In this document: one piece after another, positions 11,231-25,800 of the stretch | How the letters are laid out: every line of letters starts with the position of its first letter | Position numbering within the stretch: position 1 is the stretch's first letter | Notes under the pieces: model-generated | Seen by the model: the letters and a program-made list of their open reading frames with translations, nothing else | Database searches by the model: none | What the model was told of the DNA's origin: nothing | NCBI GenBank assembly: GCA_977018835.1 | Contig: OZ361257.1 | Location: 4,588,001-4,652,000, forward strand | Direction: 5' to 3' | DNA: 64,000 nucleotides | Source: Minutocellus sp. GHC0000111 | Taxonomy: Eukaryota | Program-made: the position numbers and the translations under genes

Positions 11231-14200
11231 GCTCTCACATGGCAATGAATGGAACATAAGCTTTGGTAGAGATCAGGGTTCTCCTATGGTCAAACATGAA
11301 TTGCTCCAGTTAGGAGCGCCCTAGATAGTTTGTCCAACGCTGCTGGCGACGCCCCCACCACCCACAAAGATGAGTGCTTTGGCTGCAGTGCAATCACAGG
11401 ACACTGCTCAACACATGCATTCGTTGCTGATCTCACATGGCAATGAATGGAACATAAGCTTTGGAAGAGATCAGGGTGCTGCTATGGTCAAACATGAATT
11501 GCTCCAGTTAGGAGCGCCCTAGATAGTTTGTCCAACGCTGCTGGCGACGCCCACACCACCCACAAAGATGAGTGCTTTGGCTGCAGTGCAATCACAGGAC
11601 ACTGCTCAACACATGCATTCCTTGCTGCTCTCACATGGCAATGAATGGAACATAAGCTTTGGTAGAGATCAGGGTGCTCCTATGGTCAAATGTGAGTTGA
11701 TCCAGTTAGGACAGCCCTAACTTTCCCAACGCTGCTGGCGACGCCCACACCACCCACAAAGATGCGTGCTTTGGCTGCAGTGCAATCACAGGACACTGCT
11801 CACCACATGCATTCCTTGCTGCTCTCACATGGCAATGAATGGAACATAAGCTTTGGTAGAGATCAGGGTGCTTCTATGGTCAAATGTGAGTTGCTCCAGT
11901 TAGGAGCGCCCTGGCTTTCCCAACGCTGCTGGCGACGCCCACACCACCCACAAAGATGCGTGCTTTGGCTGCAGTGCAATCACTGGACACTGCTCACCAC
12001 ATGCATTCCTTGCTGCTCTCACATGGCAATGAATGGAACATAAGCTTTGGTAGAGATCAGGGTGCTGCCATGGTCAAATATGAGTTGCTCCAGTTAGGAG
12101 CGCCCTAGCTTTCCCAACGCTGCTGTCGACGCCCACACCACCCACAAAGATGCGTGCTTTGGCTGCAGTGCAATCACTGGACACTGCTCACCACATGCAT
12201 TCCTTGCTGCTCTCACATGGCAATGAATGGAACACAAGCTTTGGTAGAGATAAGGGTGCTCCTGTGGTCAAACATGGGTTGCTCCAGCAAGCAGCGCCCT
12301 GATTTTCCCAACGCTGCTGGCGACGCCCACACCACCCACAAAGATGAGTGCTTTGGCTGCAGTGCAATCACTGGACACTGCTCACCACATGCATTCCTTG
12401 CTGCTCTCACATGGCAATGAATGGAACATAAGCTTTGGTAGATATCAGGGTGCTCCTATGGTCAAATGTGAGTTGCTCTAGTTAGGAGCGCCCTAGCTTT
12501 CCCAACGCTGCTGGTGACGCCCACAACACCCACAAAGATACGTGCTTTGGCTGCAGTGCAATCACAAGACACTGCTCACCACATGCATTTCTTGCTGCTC
12601 TCACATGGCAATGAATGGAACATAAGCTTTGGTAGAGATCAGGGTGCTGCTATGGTCAAACATGAGTTGCTCCAGTTAGGAGCGCCCTGGCTTTCCCAAC
12701 GCTGCTGGCGACGCCCACACCACCCACAAAGATGCGTGCTTTGGCTGCAGTGCAATCACAAGACACTGCTCACCACATGCATTCCTTGCTGCTCTCACAT
12801 GGCAATGAATGGAACATAAGCTTTGGTAGAGATCAGGGTGCTGCTATGGTCAAATGTGAGTTGCTCCGGTTAGGAGCGCCCTAGCTTTCCCAACGCTGCT
12901 GGCGACGCCCACACCACCCACAAAGATGAGTGATTTTGCCGAAGTACAATCACTGGACACTGCTCACCACATGCATTCCTTGCTGCTCTCACATGGCAAT
13001 GAATGGAACAGAAGTTTTGGTAGAGATCAGGTTGCTGCCATGGTCAAATATGAGTTGCTCCAGTTAGGACAGCCCTAACTTCCCCAACGCTGCTGGCGAC
13101 ACCCACACCACCCACAAAGATGCGTGCTTTGGCTGCAGTGCAATCACAGGACACTGCTCAACACATGCATTCCTTGCTGCTCTCACATGGCAATTAATGG
13201 AACGTAAGCTTTGGTAGAGATCAGGGTGCTCCTATGGTCAAATGTGAGTTGCTCCAGTTAGGAGCGCCCTGGCTTTCCCAACGCTGCTGGCGACGCCCCC
13301 ACCACCCACAAAGATGAGTGCTTTGGCTGCGGTGCAATCACTGGACACTGCTCACCACATGCATTCCTTGCTGCTCTCACATGGCAATGAACGGAACATA
13401 AGCTTTGGTAGAGATCAGGGTGCTCCTAAGGTCAAATGTGAGTTGCTCCAGTTAGGAGCGCCCTGATTTTCCCAACGCTGCTGGCGACGCCCACACCACC
13501 CACAAAGATGAGTGCTTTGGCTGCAGTGCAATCACAGGACACTGCTCACCACATGCATTCCTTGCTGCTCTCACATGGCAATGAATGGAACACAAGCTTT
13601 GGTAGAGATCAGGGTGCTCCTATGGTCAAATGTGAATTGCCCCAGTTAGGAGCGCCCTAGTTGTCCAAACGCTTCTGCTGGCGATGCCCACGCCACCGAA
13701 AAAGATGAGTGCTTTGGCTGCAGTGCAATCACAGGACACTGCTCACCACATGCATTTCTTGCTGCTCTCACATGGCAATGAATGGAACATAAGCTTTGGT
13801 AGAGATCAGGGTGCTCCTATGGTCAAATGTGAGTTGATCCAGTTAGGACAGCCCTAACTTTCCCAACGCTGCTGGCGACGCCCACACCACCCACAAAGAT
13901 GCGTGCTTTGGCTGCAGTGCAATCACAGGACACTGCTCACCACATGCATTCCTTGCTGCTCTCACATGGCAATGAATGGAACATAAGCTTTGGTAGAGAT
14001 CAGGGTGCTCCTATGGTCAAATGTGAGTTGATCCAGTTAGGACAGCCCTAACTTTCCCAACGCTGCTGGCGACGCCCACACCACCCACAAAGATGCGTGC
14101 TTTGGCTGCAGTGCAATCACAGGACACTGCTCACCACATGCATTCCTTGCTGCTCTCACATGGCAATGAATGGAACATAAGCTTTGGTAGAGATCAGGGT

Positions 14201-14690
14201 GCTCCTATTGTCAAATGTGAGTTGCTCCAGTTAGGAGCGACCCCTAGCTTTCCCAACGCTGCTGAAGACACCCACACCACCCACAAAGATGCGTGCTTTG
14301 GCTGCAGTGCAATCACAGGACACTGCTCACCACATGCATTCCTTGCTGCTCTCACATGGCAATGAATGGAACATAAGCTTTGGTAGAGATCAGGGTGCTC
14401 CTATGGTCAAATGTGAGTTGCCCCAGTTAGGAGCGCCCTAGTTGTCCCAACGCTTCTGCTGGCGATGCCCACGCCACCCACGAAGATGAGTGCTTTGGCT
14501 GCAGTGCAATCACAGGACACTGCTCACCACATGCATTTCTTGCTGCTCTCACATGGCAATGAATGGAACATAAGCTTCCTGGCGACGCCAACACCACCCA
14601 CAAAGATGAGTGCTTTGGCTGCAGTGCAATCACTGGACACTGCTCACCACATGCATTCCTTGCTGCTCTCACATGGCAATGAATGGAACA
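11230..14690. repeat. Heterogeneous monomer block B, copy 1 (~18 mostly distinct monomer variants); boundaries approximate
   Basis: Distinct markers: 'ccctagatagtttgtcc', 'ccagcaagcagcg', 'gccgaagtacaatc', 'gaacggaac', 'gctgaagaca', and a 120-bp truncated monomer at 14578. Confidence 0.85.
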
Positions 14691-17600
14691 TAAGCTTTGG
14701 TAGAGATCAGGGTGCTCCTATGGTCAAATGTGAGTTGCTCCAGTTAGGACAGCCCTAACTTTCCCAACGCTGCTGGCGACGCCCACACCACCCACAAATA
14801 TGAGTGCTTTGGCTGCAGTGCAATCACAGGACACTGCTCACCACATGCATTCCTTGCTGCTCTCACATGGCAATGAATGGAACATAAGCTTTGGTAGAGA
14901 TCAGGGTGCTCCTATTATTGATGTGAGTTGCTCCAGTTAGGAGCGCCCTAGCTTTCCCAAAGCTGCTGGCGACGCCCACAAAGATGAGTGCTTTGGCTGC
15001 AGTGCAATCACTGGACACTGCTCACCACATGCATTCCTTGCTGCTCTCACATGGCAATGAATGGAACATAAGCTTTGGTAGAGATCAGGGCACTCCTGTG
15101 GTCAAATGTGAGTTGCTCCAGTTAGGACAGCCCTAGTTTTCCCAACGCTGCTGGCGCCGCCCCCACCACCCACAAAGATGAGTGCTTTGGCTGCAGTGCA
15201 ATCACAGGACACTGCTCACCACATGCATTCCTTGCTGCTCTCACATGGCAATGAATGGAACATAAGCTTTGGTAGAGATCAGGGTGCTCCTATGGTCAAA
15301 TGTGAGTTGCTCCAGTTAGGACAGCCCTAACTTTCCCAACGCTGCTGGCGACGCCCACACCACCCACAAATATGCGTGCTTTGGCTGCAGTGCAATCACA
15401 GGACACTGCTCACCACATGCATTCCTTGCTGCTCTCACATCGCAATGAATGGAACATAAGCTTTGGTAGAGATCAGGGTGCTCCTATGGTCAAATGTGAG
15501 TTGCTCCAGTTTGGAGAGCACTGATTTTCCCAACGCTGCTTGCTGGCGACTCCCCAACAACCCACAAAGATGAGTGCTTTGGCTGCAGTGCAATCACAGG
15601 ACACTGCTCACCACATGCATTCCTTGCTGCTCTCACATGGCAATGAATGGAACATAAGCTTTGGTAGAGATCAGGGTGCTCCTATGGTCAAATGTGAGTT
15701 GCTCCAGTTAGGACAGCCCTAACTTTCCCAACGCTGCTGGCGACGCCCACACCACCCACAAATATGAGTGCTTTGGCTGCAGTGCAATCACAGGACACTG
15801 CTCACCACATGCATTCCTTGCTGCTCTCACATGGCAATGAATGGAACATAAGCTTTGGTAGAGATCAGGGTGCTCCTATTATTGATGTGAGTTGCTCCAG
15901 TTAGGAGCGCCCTAGCTTTCCCAAAGCTGCTGGCGACGCCCACAAAGATGAGTGCTTTGGCTGCAGTGCAATCACTGGACACTGCTCACCACATGCATTC
16001 CTTGCTGCTCTCACATGGCAATGAATGGAACATAAGCTTTGGTAGAGATCAGGGTGCTGCTATGGTCAAATGTGAGTTGCTCCAGTTTGGAGAGCACTGA
16101 TTTTCCCGACGCTGCTTGCTGGCGACTCCCCAACAACCCACAAAGATGAGTGCTTTGGCTGCAGTGCAATCACAGGACACTGCTCACCACATGCATTCCT
16201 TGCTGCTCTCACATGGCAATGAATGGAACATAAGCTTTGGTAGAGATCAGGGTGCTCCTATGGTCAAATGTGAGTTGCTCCAGTTAGGAGCGCCCTAGTT
16301 TTCCCAACGCTGCTGGCGACGCCCACAAAGATGAGTGCTTTGGCTGCAGTGCAATCACTGGACACTGCTCACCACATGCATTCCTTACTGCTCTCACATG
16401 GCAATGAAGGAACATAAGCTTTGGTAGAGATCAGGGTGCTCCTGTGGTGACAACTGAGTTGCTCCAGTTAGGAGCGCCCTAGTTTTCCCAATGCTGCTGG
16501 TGACGCCCACACCACCCACAAAGATGCATGCTTTGGCTGCAGTGCAATCACAGGACACTGCTCACCACATGCATTCCTTGCTGCTCTCACATGGCAATGA
16601 AGGAACATAAGCTTTGGTATAGATCAGGGTGCTCCCATGGTCAAACATGAGTTGCTCCAGTTAGGAGAGCACTGATTTTCCCAACGCTGCTGGCTGGCGA
16701 CTCCCCAACCACCCACAAAGATGCATGCTTTGGCTGCAGTGCAATCACAGGACACTGCTCACCACATGCATTCCTTGCTGCTCTCACATGGCAATGAATT
16801 GAACTAAGCTTTGGCAGAGATCAGGGCACTCCCATGGTCAAATGTGAGTTGCTCCAGTTAGTACAGCCCTAGTTTTCCCAACGCTGCTGGCGACACCCAC
16901 ACCACCCACAAAGATGCGTGCTTTGGCTGCAGTGCAATCACAGGACACTGCTCACCACATGCATTCCTTGCTGCTCTCACATGGCAATGAATGGAACATA
17001 AGCTTTGGTAGAGATCAGGGTGCTGCTATGGTCAAATGTGAGTTGCTCCAGTTTGGAGAGCACTGATTTTCCCAACGCTGCTGGCTGGCAACTCCCCAAC
17101 AACCCACAAAGATGAGTGCTTTGGCTGCAGTGCAATCACAGGACACTGCTCACCACATGCATTCCTTGCTGCTCTCACATGGCAATGAATGGAACATAAG
17201 CTTTGGTAGAGATCAGGGTGCTCCCATGGTCAAATATGAGTTGCTCCAGTTTGGAGAGCACTGATTTTCCCGACGCTGCTTGCTGGCGACTCCCCAACAA
17301 CCCACAAAGATGAGTGCTTTGGCTGCAGTGCAATCACAGGACACTGCTCACCACATGCATTCCTTGCTGCTCTCACATGGCAATGAATGGAACATAAGCT
17401 TTGGTAGAGATCAGGGTGCTCCTATGGTCAAATGTGAGTTGCTCCAGTTAGGACAGCCCTAACTTTCCCAACGCTGCTGGCGACGCCCACACCACCCACA
17501 AATATGAGTGCTTTGGCTGCAGTGCAATCACAGGACACTGCTCACCACATGCATTCCTTGCTGCTCTCACATGGCAATGAATGGAACATAAGCTTTGGTA

Positions 17601-20600
17601 GAGATCAGGGTGCTCCTATGGTCAAATGTGAGTTGCTCCAGTTAGGACAGCCCTAACTTTCCCAACGCTGCTGGCGACGCCCACACCACCCACAAATATG
17701 AGTGCTTTGGCTGCAGTGCAATCACAGGACACTGCTCACCACATGCATTCCTTGCTGCTCTCACATGGCAATGAATGGAACATAAGCTTTGGTAGAGATC
17801 AGGGTGCTCCTATTATTGATGTGAGTTGCTCCAGTTAGGAGCGCCCTAGCTTTCCCAAAGCTGCTGGCGACGCCCACAAAGATGAGTGCTTTGGCTGCAG
17901 TGCAATCACTGGACACTGCTCACCACATGCATTCCTTGCTGCTCTCACATGGCAATGAATGGAACATAAGCTTTGGTAGAGATCAGGGTGCTGCTATGGT
18001 CAAATGTGAGTTGCTCCAGTTTGGAGAGCACTGATTTTCCCGACGCTGCTTGCTGGCGACTCCCCAACAACCCACAAAGATGAGTGCTTTGGCTGCAGTG
18101 CAATCACAGGACACTGCTCACCACATGCATTCCTTGCTGCTCTCACATGGCAATGAATGGAACATAAGCTTTGGTAGAGATCAGGGTGCTCCTATGGTCA
18201 AATGTGAGTTGCTCCAGTTAGGAGCGCCCTAGTTTTCCCAACGCTGCTGGCGACGCCCACAAAGATGAGTGCTTTGGCTGCAGTGCAATCACTGGACACT
18301 GCTCACCACATGCATTCCTTGCTGCTCTCACATGGCAATGAAGGAACATAAGCTTTGGTAGAGATCAGGGTGCTCCTGTGGTGACAACTGAGTTGCTCCA
18401 GTTAGGAGCGCCCTAGTTTTCCCAATGCTGCTGGTGACGCCCACACCACCCACAAAGATGCATGCTTTGGCTGCAGTGCAATCACAGGACACTGCTCACC
18501 ACATGCATTCCTTGCTGCTCTCACATGGCAATGAAGGAACATAAGCTTTGGTATAGATCAGGGTGCTCCTATGGTCAAACATGAGTTGCTCCAGTTAGGA
18601 GAGCACTGATTTTCCCAACGCTGCTGGCTGGCGACTCCCCAACCACCCACAAAGATGCATGCTTTGGCTGCAGTGCAATCACAGGACACTGCTCACCACA
18701 TGCATTCCTTGCTGCTCTCACATGGCAATGAATTGAACTAAGCTTTGGCAGAGATCAGGGCACTCCCATGGTCAAATGTGAGTTGCTCCAGTTAGTACAG
18801 CCCTAGTTTTCCCAACGCTGCTGGCGACACCCACACCACCCACAAAGATGCGTGCTTTGGCTGCAGTGCAATCACAGGACACTGCTCACCACATGCATTC
18901 CTTGCTGCTCTCACATGGCAATGAATGGAACATAAGCTTTGGTAGAGATCAGGGTGCTGCTATGGTCAAATGTGAGTTGCTCCAGTTTGGAGAGCACTGA
19001 TTTTCCCAACGCTGCTGGCTGGCAACTCCCCAACAACCCACAAAGATGAGTGCTTTGGCTGCAGTGCAATCACAGGACACTGCTCACCACATGCATTCCT
19101 TGCTGCTCTCACATGGCAATGAATGGAACATAAGCTTTGGTAGAGATCAGGGTGCTGCTATGGTCAAATGTGAGTTGCTCCAGTTTGGAGAGCACTGATT
19201 TTCCCGACGCTGCTTGCTGGCGACTCCCCAACAACCCACAAAGATGAGTGCTTTGGCTGCAGTGCAATCACAGGACACTGCTCACCACATGCATTCCTTG
19301 CTGCTCTCACATGGCAATGAATGGAACATAAGCTTTGGTATAGATCAGGGTGCTCCTATGGTCAAACATGAGTTGCTCCAGTTAGGAGAGCACTGATTTT
19401 CCCAACGCTGCTGGCTGGCGACTCCCCAACCACCCACAAAGATGCATGCTTTGGCTGCAGTGCAATCACAGGACACTGCTCACCACATGCATTCCTTGCT
19501 GCTCTCACATGGCAATGAATGGAACATAAGCTTTGGTAGAGATCAGGGTGCTCCTATGGTCAAATGTGAGTTGCTCCAGTTTGGAGAGCACTGATTTTCC
19601 CGACGCTGCTTGCTGGCGACTCCCCAACAACCCACAAAGATGAGTGCTTTGGCTGCAGTGCAATCACAGGACACTGCTCACCACATGCATTCCTTGCTGC
19701 TCTCACATGGCAATGAATGGAACATAAGCTTTGGTAGAGATCAGGGTGCTCCTATGGTCAAATGTGAGTTGCTCCAGTTAGGAGCGCCCTAGTTTTCCCA
19801 ACGCTGCTGGCGACGCCCACAAAGATGAGTGCTTTGGCTGCAGTGCAATCACTGGACACTGCTCACCACATGCATTCCTTGCTGCTCTCACATGGCAATG
19901 AAGGAACATAAGCTTTGGTAGAGATCAGGGTGCTCCTGTGGTGACAACTGAGTTGCTCCAGTTAGGAGCGCCCTAGTTTTCCCAATGCTGCTGGTGACGC
20001 CCACACCACCCACAAAGATGCATGCTTTGGCTGCAGTGCAATCACAGGACACTGCTCACCACATGCATTCCTTGCTGCTCTCACATGGCAATGAAGGAAC
20101 ATAAGCTTTGGTATAGATCAGGGTGCTCCCATGGTCAAACATGAGTTGCTCCAGTTAGGAGAGCACTGATTTTCCCAACGCTGCTGGCTGGCGACTCCCC
20201 AACCACCCACAAAGATGCATGCTTTGGCTGCAGTGCAATCACAGGACACTGCTCACCACATGCATTCCTTGCTGCTCTCACATGGCAATGAATTGAACTA
20301 AGCTTTGGCAGAGATCAGGGCACTCCCATGGTCAAATGTGAGTTGCTCCAGTTAGTACAGCCCTAGTTTTCCCAACGCTGCTGGCGACACCCACACCACC
20401 CACAAAGATGCGTGCTTTGGCTGCAGTGCAATCACAGGACACTGCTCACCACATGCATTCCTTGCTGCTCTCACATGGCAATGAATGGAACATAAGCTTT
20501 GGTAGAGATCAGGGTGCTGCTATGGTCAAATGTGAGTTGCTCCAGTTTGGAGAGCACTGATTTTCCCAACGCTGCTGGCTGGCAACTCCCCAACAACCCA

Positions 20601-22800
20601 CAAAGATGAGTGCTTTGGCTGCAGTGCAATCACAGGACACTGCTCACCACATGCATTCCTTGCTGCTCTCACATGGCAATGAATGGAACATAAGCTTTGG
20701 TAGAGATCAGGGTGCTCCCATGGTCAAATATGAGTTGCTCCAGTTTGGAGAGCACTGATTTTCCCGACGCTGCTTGCTGGCGACTCCCCAACAACCCACA
20801 AAGATGAGTGCTTTGGCTGCAGTGCAATCACAGGACACTGCTCACCACATGCATTCCTTGCTGCTCTCACATGGCAATGAATGGAACATAAGCTTTGGTA
20901 GAGATCAGGGTGCTCCCATGGTCAAATATGAGTTGCTCCAGTTTGGAGAGCACTGATTTTCCCGACGCTGCTTGCTGGCGACTCCCCAACAACCCACAAA
21001 GATGAGTGCTTTGGCTGCAGTGCAATCACAGGACACTGCTCACCACATGCATTCCTTGCTGCTCTCACATGGCAATGAATGGAACATAAGCTTTGGTAGA
21101 GATCAGGGTGCTCCTATGGTCAAATGTGAGTTGCTCCAGTTAGGACAGCCCTAACTTTCCCAACGCTGCTGGCGACGCCCACACCACCCACAAATATGAG
21201 TGCTTTGGCTGCAGTGCAATCACAGGACACTGCTCACCACATGCATTCCTTGCTGCTCTCACATGGCAATGAATGGAACATAAGCTTTGGTAGAGATCAG
21301 GGTGCTCCTATGGTCAAATGTGAGTTGCTCCAGTTAGGAGCGCCCTAGTTTTCCCAACGCTGCTGGCGACGCCCACAAAGATGAGTGCTTTGGCTGCAGT
21401 GCAATCACTGGACACTGCTCACCACATGCATTCCTTACTGCTCTCACATGGCAATGAAGGAACATAAGCTTTGGTAGAGATCAGGGTGCTCCTGTGGTGA
21501 CAACTGAGTTGCTCCAGTTAGGAGCGCCCTAGTTTTCCCAATGCTGCTGGTGACGCCCACACCACCCACAAAGATGCATGCTTTGGCTGCAGTGCAATCA
21601 CAGGACACTGCTCACCACATGCATTCCTTGCTGCTCTCACATGGCAATGAAGGAACATAAGCTTTGGTATAGATCAGGGTGCTCCCATGGTCAAACATGA
21701 GTTGCTCCAGTTAGGAGAGCACTGATTTTCCCAACGCTGCTGGCTGGCGACTCCCCAACCACCCACAAAGATGCATGCTTTGGCTGCAGTGCAATCACAG
21801 GACACTGCTCACCACATGCATTCCTTGCTGCTCTCACATGGCAATGAATTGAACTAAGCTTTGGCAGAGATCAGGGCACTCCCATGGTCAAATGTGAGTT
21901 GCTCCAGTTAGTACAGCCCTAGTTTTCCCAACGCTGCTGGCGACACCCACACCACCCACAAAGATGCGTGCTTTGGCTGCAGTGCAATCACAGGACACTG
22001 CTCACCACATGCATTCCTTGCTGCTCTCACATGGCAATGAATGGAACATAAGCTTTGGTAGAGATCAGGGTGCTGCTATGGTCAAATGTGAGTTGCTCCA
22101 GTTTGGAGAGCACTGATTTTCCCAACGCTGCTGGCTGGCAACTCCCCAACAACCCACAAAGATGAGTGCTTTGGCTGCAGTGCAATCACAGGACACTGCT
22201 CACCACATGCATTCCTTGCTGCTCTCACATGGCAATGAATGGAACATAAGCTTTGGTAGAGATCAGGGTGCTGCTATGGTCAAATGTGAGTTGCTCCAGT
22301 TTGGAGAGCACTGATTTTCCCGACGCTGCTTGCTGGCGACTCCCCAACAACCCACAAAGATGAGTGCTTTGGCTGCAGTGCAATCACAGGACACTGCTCA
22401 CCACATGCATTCCTTGCTGCTCTCACATGGCAATGAATGGAACATAAGCTTTGGTATAGATCAGGGTGCTCCTATGGTCAAACATGAGTTGCTCCAGTTA
22501 GGAGAGCACTGATTTTCCCAACGCTGCTGGCTGGCGACTCCCCAACCACCCACAAAGATGCATGCTTTGGCTGCAGTGCAATCACAGGACACTGCTCACC
22601 ACATGCATTCCTTGCTGCTCTCACATGGCAATGAATGGAACATAAGCTTTGGTAGAGATCAGGGTGCTCCTATGGTCAAATGTGAGTTGCTCCAGTTAGG
22701 AGCGCCCTAGTTTTCCCAACGCTGCTGGCGACGCCCACAAAGATGAGTGCTTTGGCTGCAGTGCAATCACTGGACACTGCTCACCACATGCATTCCTTGC
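14690..22800. repeat. HOR domain A2: four cassette copies, near-duplicate of A1; boundaries approximate
   Basis: Cassette marker at 16441, 18375, 19935, 21491. Constant offset of 12,147 to A1 (5133/17280, 7067/19214, 8825/20972). Confidence 0.9.
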
Positions 22801-25800
22801 TGCTCTCACATGGCAATGAATGGAACATAAGCTTTGGTAGAGATCAGGGTTCTCCTATGGTCAAACATGAATTGCTCCAGTTAGGAGCGCCCTAGATAGT
22901 TTGTCCAACGCTGCTGGCGACGCCCCCACCACCCACAAAGATGAGTGCTTTGGCTGCAGTGCAATCACAGGACACTGCTCAACACATGCATTCGTTGCTG
23001 ATCTCACATGGCAATGAATGGAACATAAGCTTTGGAAGAGATCAGGGTGCTGCTATGGTCAAACATGAATTGCTCCAGTTAGGAGCGCCCTAGATAGTTT
23101 GTCCAACGCTGCTGGCGACGCCCACACCACCCACAAAGATGAGTGCTTTGGCTGCAGTGCAATCACAGGACACTGCTCAACACATGCATTCCTTGCTGCT
23201 CTCACATGGCAATGAATGGAACATAAGCTTTGGTAGAGATCAGGGTGCTCCTATGGTCAAATGTGAGTTGATCCAGTTAGGACAGCCCTAACTTTCCCAA
23301 CGCTGCTGGCGACGCCCACACCACCCACAAAGATGCGTGCTTTGGCTGCAGTGCAATCACAGGACACTGCTCACCACATGCATTCCTTGCTGCTCTCACA
23401 TGGCAATGAATGGAACATAAGCTTTGGTAGAGATCAGGGTGCTTCTATGGTCAAATGTGAGTTGCTCCAGTTAGGAGCGCCCTGGCTTTCCCAACGCTGC
23501 TGGCGACGCCCACACCACCCACAAAGATGCGTGCTTTGGCTGCAGTGCAATCACTGGACACTGCTCACCACATGCATTCCTTGCTGCTCTCACATGGCAA
23601 TGAATGGAACATAAGCTTTGGTAGAGATCAGGGTGCTGCCATGGTCAAATATGAGTTGCTCCAGTTAGGAGCGCCCTAGCTTTCCCAACGCTGCTGTCGA
23701 CGCCCACACCACCCACAAAGATGCGTGCTTTGGCTGCAGTGCAATCACTGGACACTGCTCACCACATGCATTCCTTGCTGCTCTCACATGGCAATGAATG
23801 GAACACAAGCTTTGGTAGAGATAAGGGTGCTCCTGTGGTCAAACATGGGTTGCTCCAGCAAGCAGCGCCCTGATTTTCCCAACGCTGCTGGCGACGCCCA
23901 CACCACCCACAAAGATGAGTGCTTTGGCTGCAGTGCAATCACTGGACACTGCTCACCACATGCATTCCTTGCTGCTCTCACATGGCAATGAATGGAACAT
24001 AAGCTTTGGTAGATATCAGGGTGCTCCTATGGTCAAATGTGAGTTGCTCTAGTTAGGAGCGCCCTAGCTTTCCCAACGCTGCTGGTGACGCCCACAACAC
24101 ACACAAAGATACGTGCTTTGGCTGCAGTGCAATCACAAGACACTGCTCACCACATGCATTTCTTGCTGCTCTCACATGGCAATGAATGGAACATAAGCTT
24201 TGGTAGAGATCAGGGTGCTGCTATGGTCAAACATGAGTTGCTCCAGTTAGGAGCGCCCTGGCTTTCCCAACGCTGCTGGCGACGCCCACACCACCCACAA
24301 AGATGCGTGCTTTGGCTGCAGTGCAATCACAAGACACTGCTCACCACATGCATTCCTTGCTGCTCTCACATGGCAATGAATGGAACATAAGCTTTGGTAG
24401 AGATCAGGGTGCTGCTATGGTCAAATGTGAGTTGCTCCGGTTAGGAGCGCCCTAGCTTTCCCAACGCTGCTGGCGACGCCCACACCACCCACAAAGATGA
24501 GTGATTTGGCCGAAGTACAATCACTGGACACTGCTCACCACATGCATTCCTTGCTGCTCTCACATGGCAATGAATGGAACAGAAGTTTTGGTAGAGATCA
24601 GGTTGCTGCCATGGTCAAATATGAGTTGCTCCAGTTAGGACAGCCCTAACTTCCCCAACGCTGCTGGCGACACCCACACCACCCACAAAGATGCGTGCTT
24701 TGGCTGCAGTGCAATCACAGGACACTGCTCAACACATGCATTCCTTGCTGCTCTCACATGGCAATTAATGGAACGTAAGCTTTGGTAGAGATCAGGGTGC
24801 TCCTATGGTCAAATGTGAGTTGCTCCAGTTAGGAGCGCCCTGGCTTTCCCAACGCTGCTGGCGACGCCCCCACCACCCACAAAGATGAGTGCTTTGGCTG
24901 CGGTGCAATCACTGGACACTGCTCACCACATGCATTCCTTGCTGCTCTCACATGGCAATGAACGGAACATAAGCTTTGGTAGAGATCAGGGTGCTCCTAA
25001 GGTCAAATGTGAGTTGCTCCAGTTAGGAGCGCCCTGATTTTCCCAACGCTGCTGGCGACGCCCACACCACCCACAAAGATGAGTGCTTTGGCTGCAGTGC
25101 AATCACAGGACACTGCTCACCACATGCATTCCTTGCTGCTCTCACATGGCAATGAATGGAACACAAGCTTTGGTAGAGATCAGGGTGCTCCTATGGTCAA
25201 ATGTGAATTGCCCCAGTTAGGAGCGCCCTAGTTGTCCAAACGCTTCTGCTGGCGATGCCCACGCCACCCAAAAAGATGAGTGCTTTGGCTGCAGTGCAAT
25301 CACAGGACACTGCTCACCACATGCATTTCTTGCTGCTCTCACATGGCAATGAATGGAACATAAGCTTTGGTAGAGATCAGGGTGCTCCTATGGTCAAATG
25401 TGAGTTGATCCAGTTAGGACAGCCCTAACTTTCCCAACGCTGCTGGCGACGCCCACACCACCCACAAAGATGCGTGCTTTGGCTGCAGTGCAATCACAGG
25501 ACACTGCTCACCACATGCATTCCTTGCTGCTCTCACATGGCAATGAATGGAACATAAGCTTTGGTAGAGATCAGGGTGCTCCTATGGTCAAATGTGAGTT
25601 GATCCAGTTAGGACAGCCCTAACTTTCCCAACGCTGCTGGCGACGCCCACACCACCCACAAAGATGCGTGCTTTGGCTGCAGTGCAATCACAGGACACTG
25701 CTCACCACATGCATTCCTTGCTGCTCTCACATGGCAATGAATGGAACATAAGCTTTGGTAGAGATCAGGGTGCTCCTATTGTCAAATGTGAGTTGCTCCA

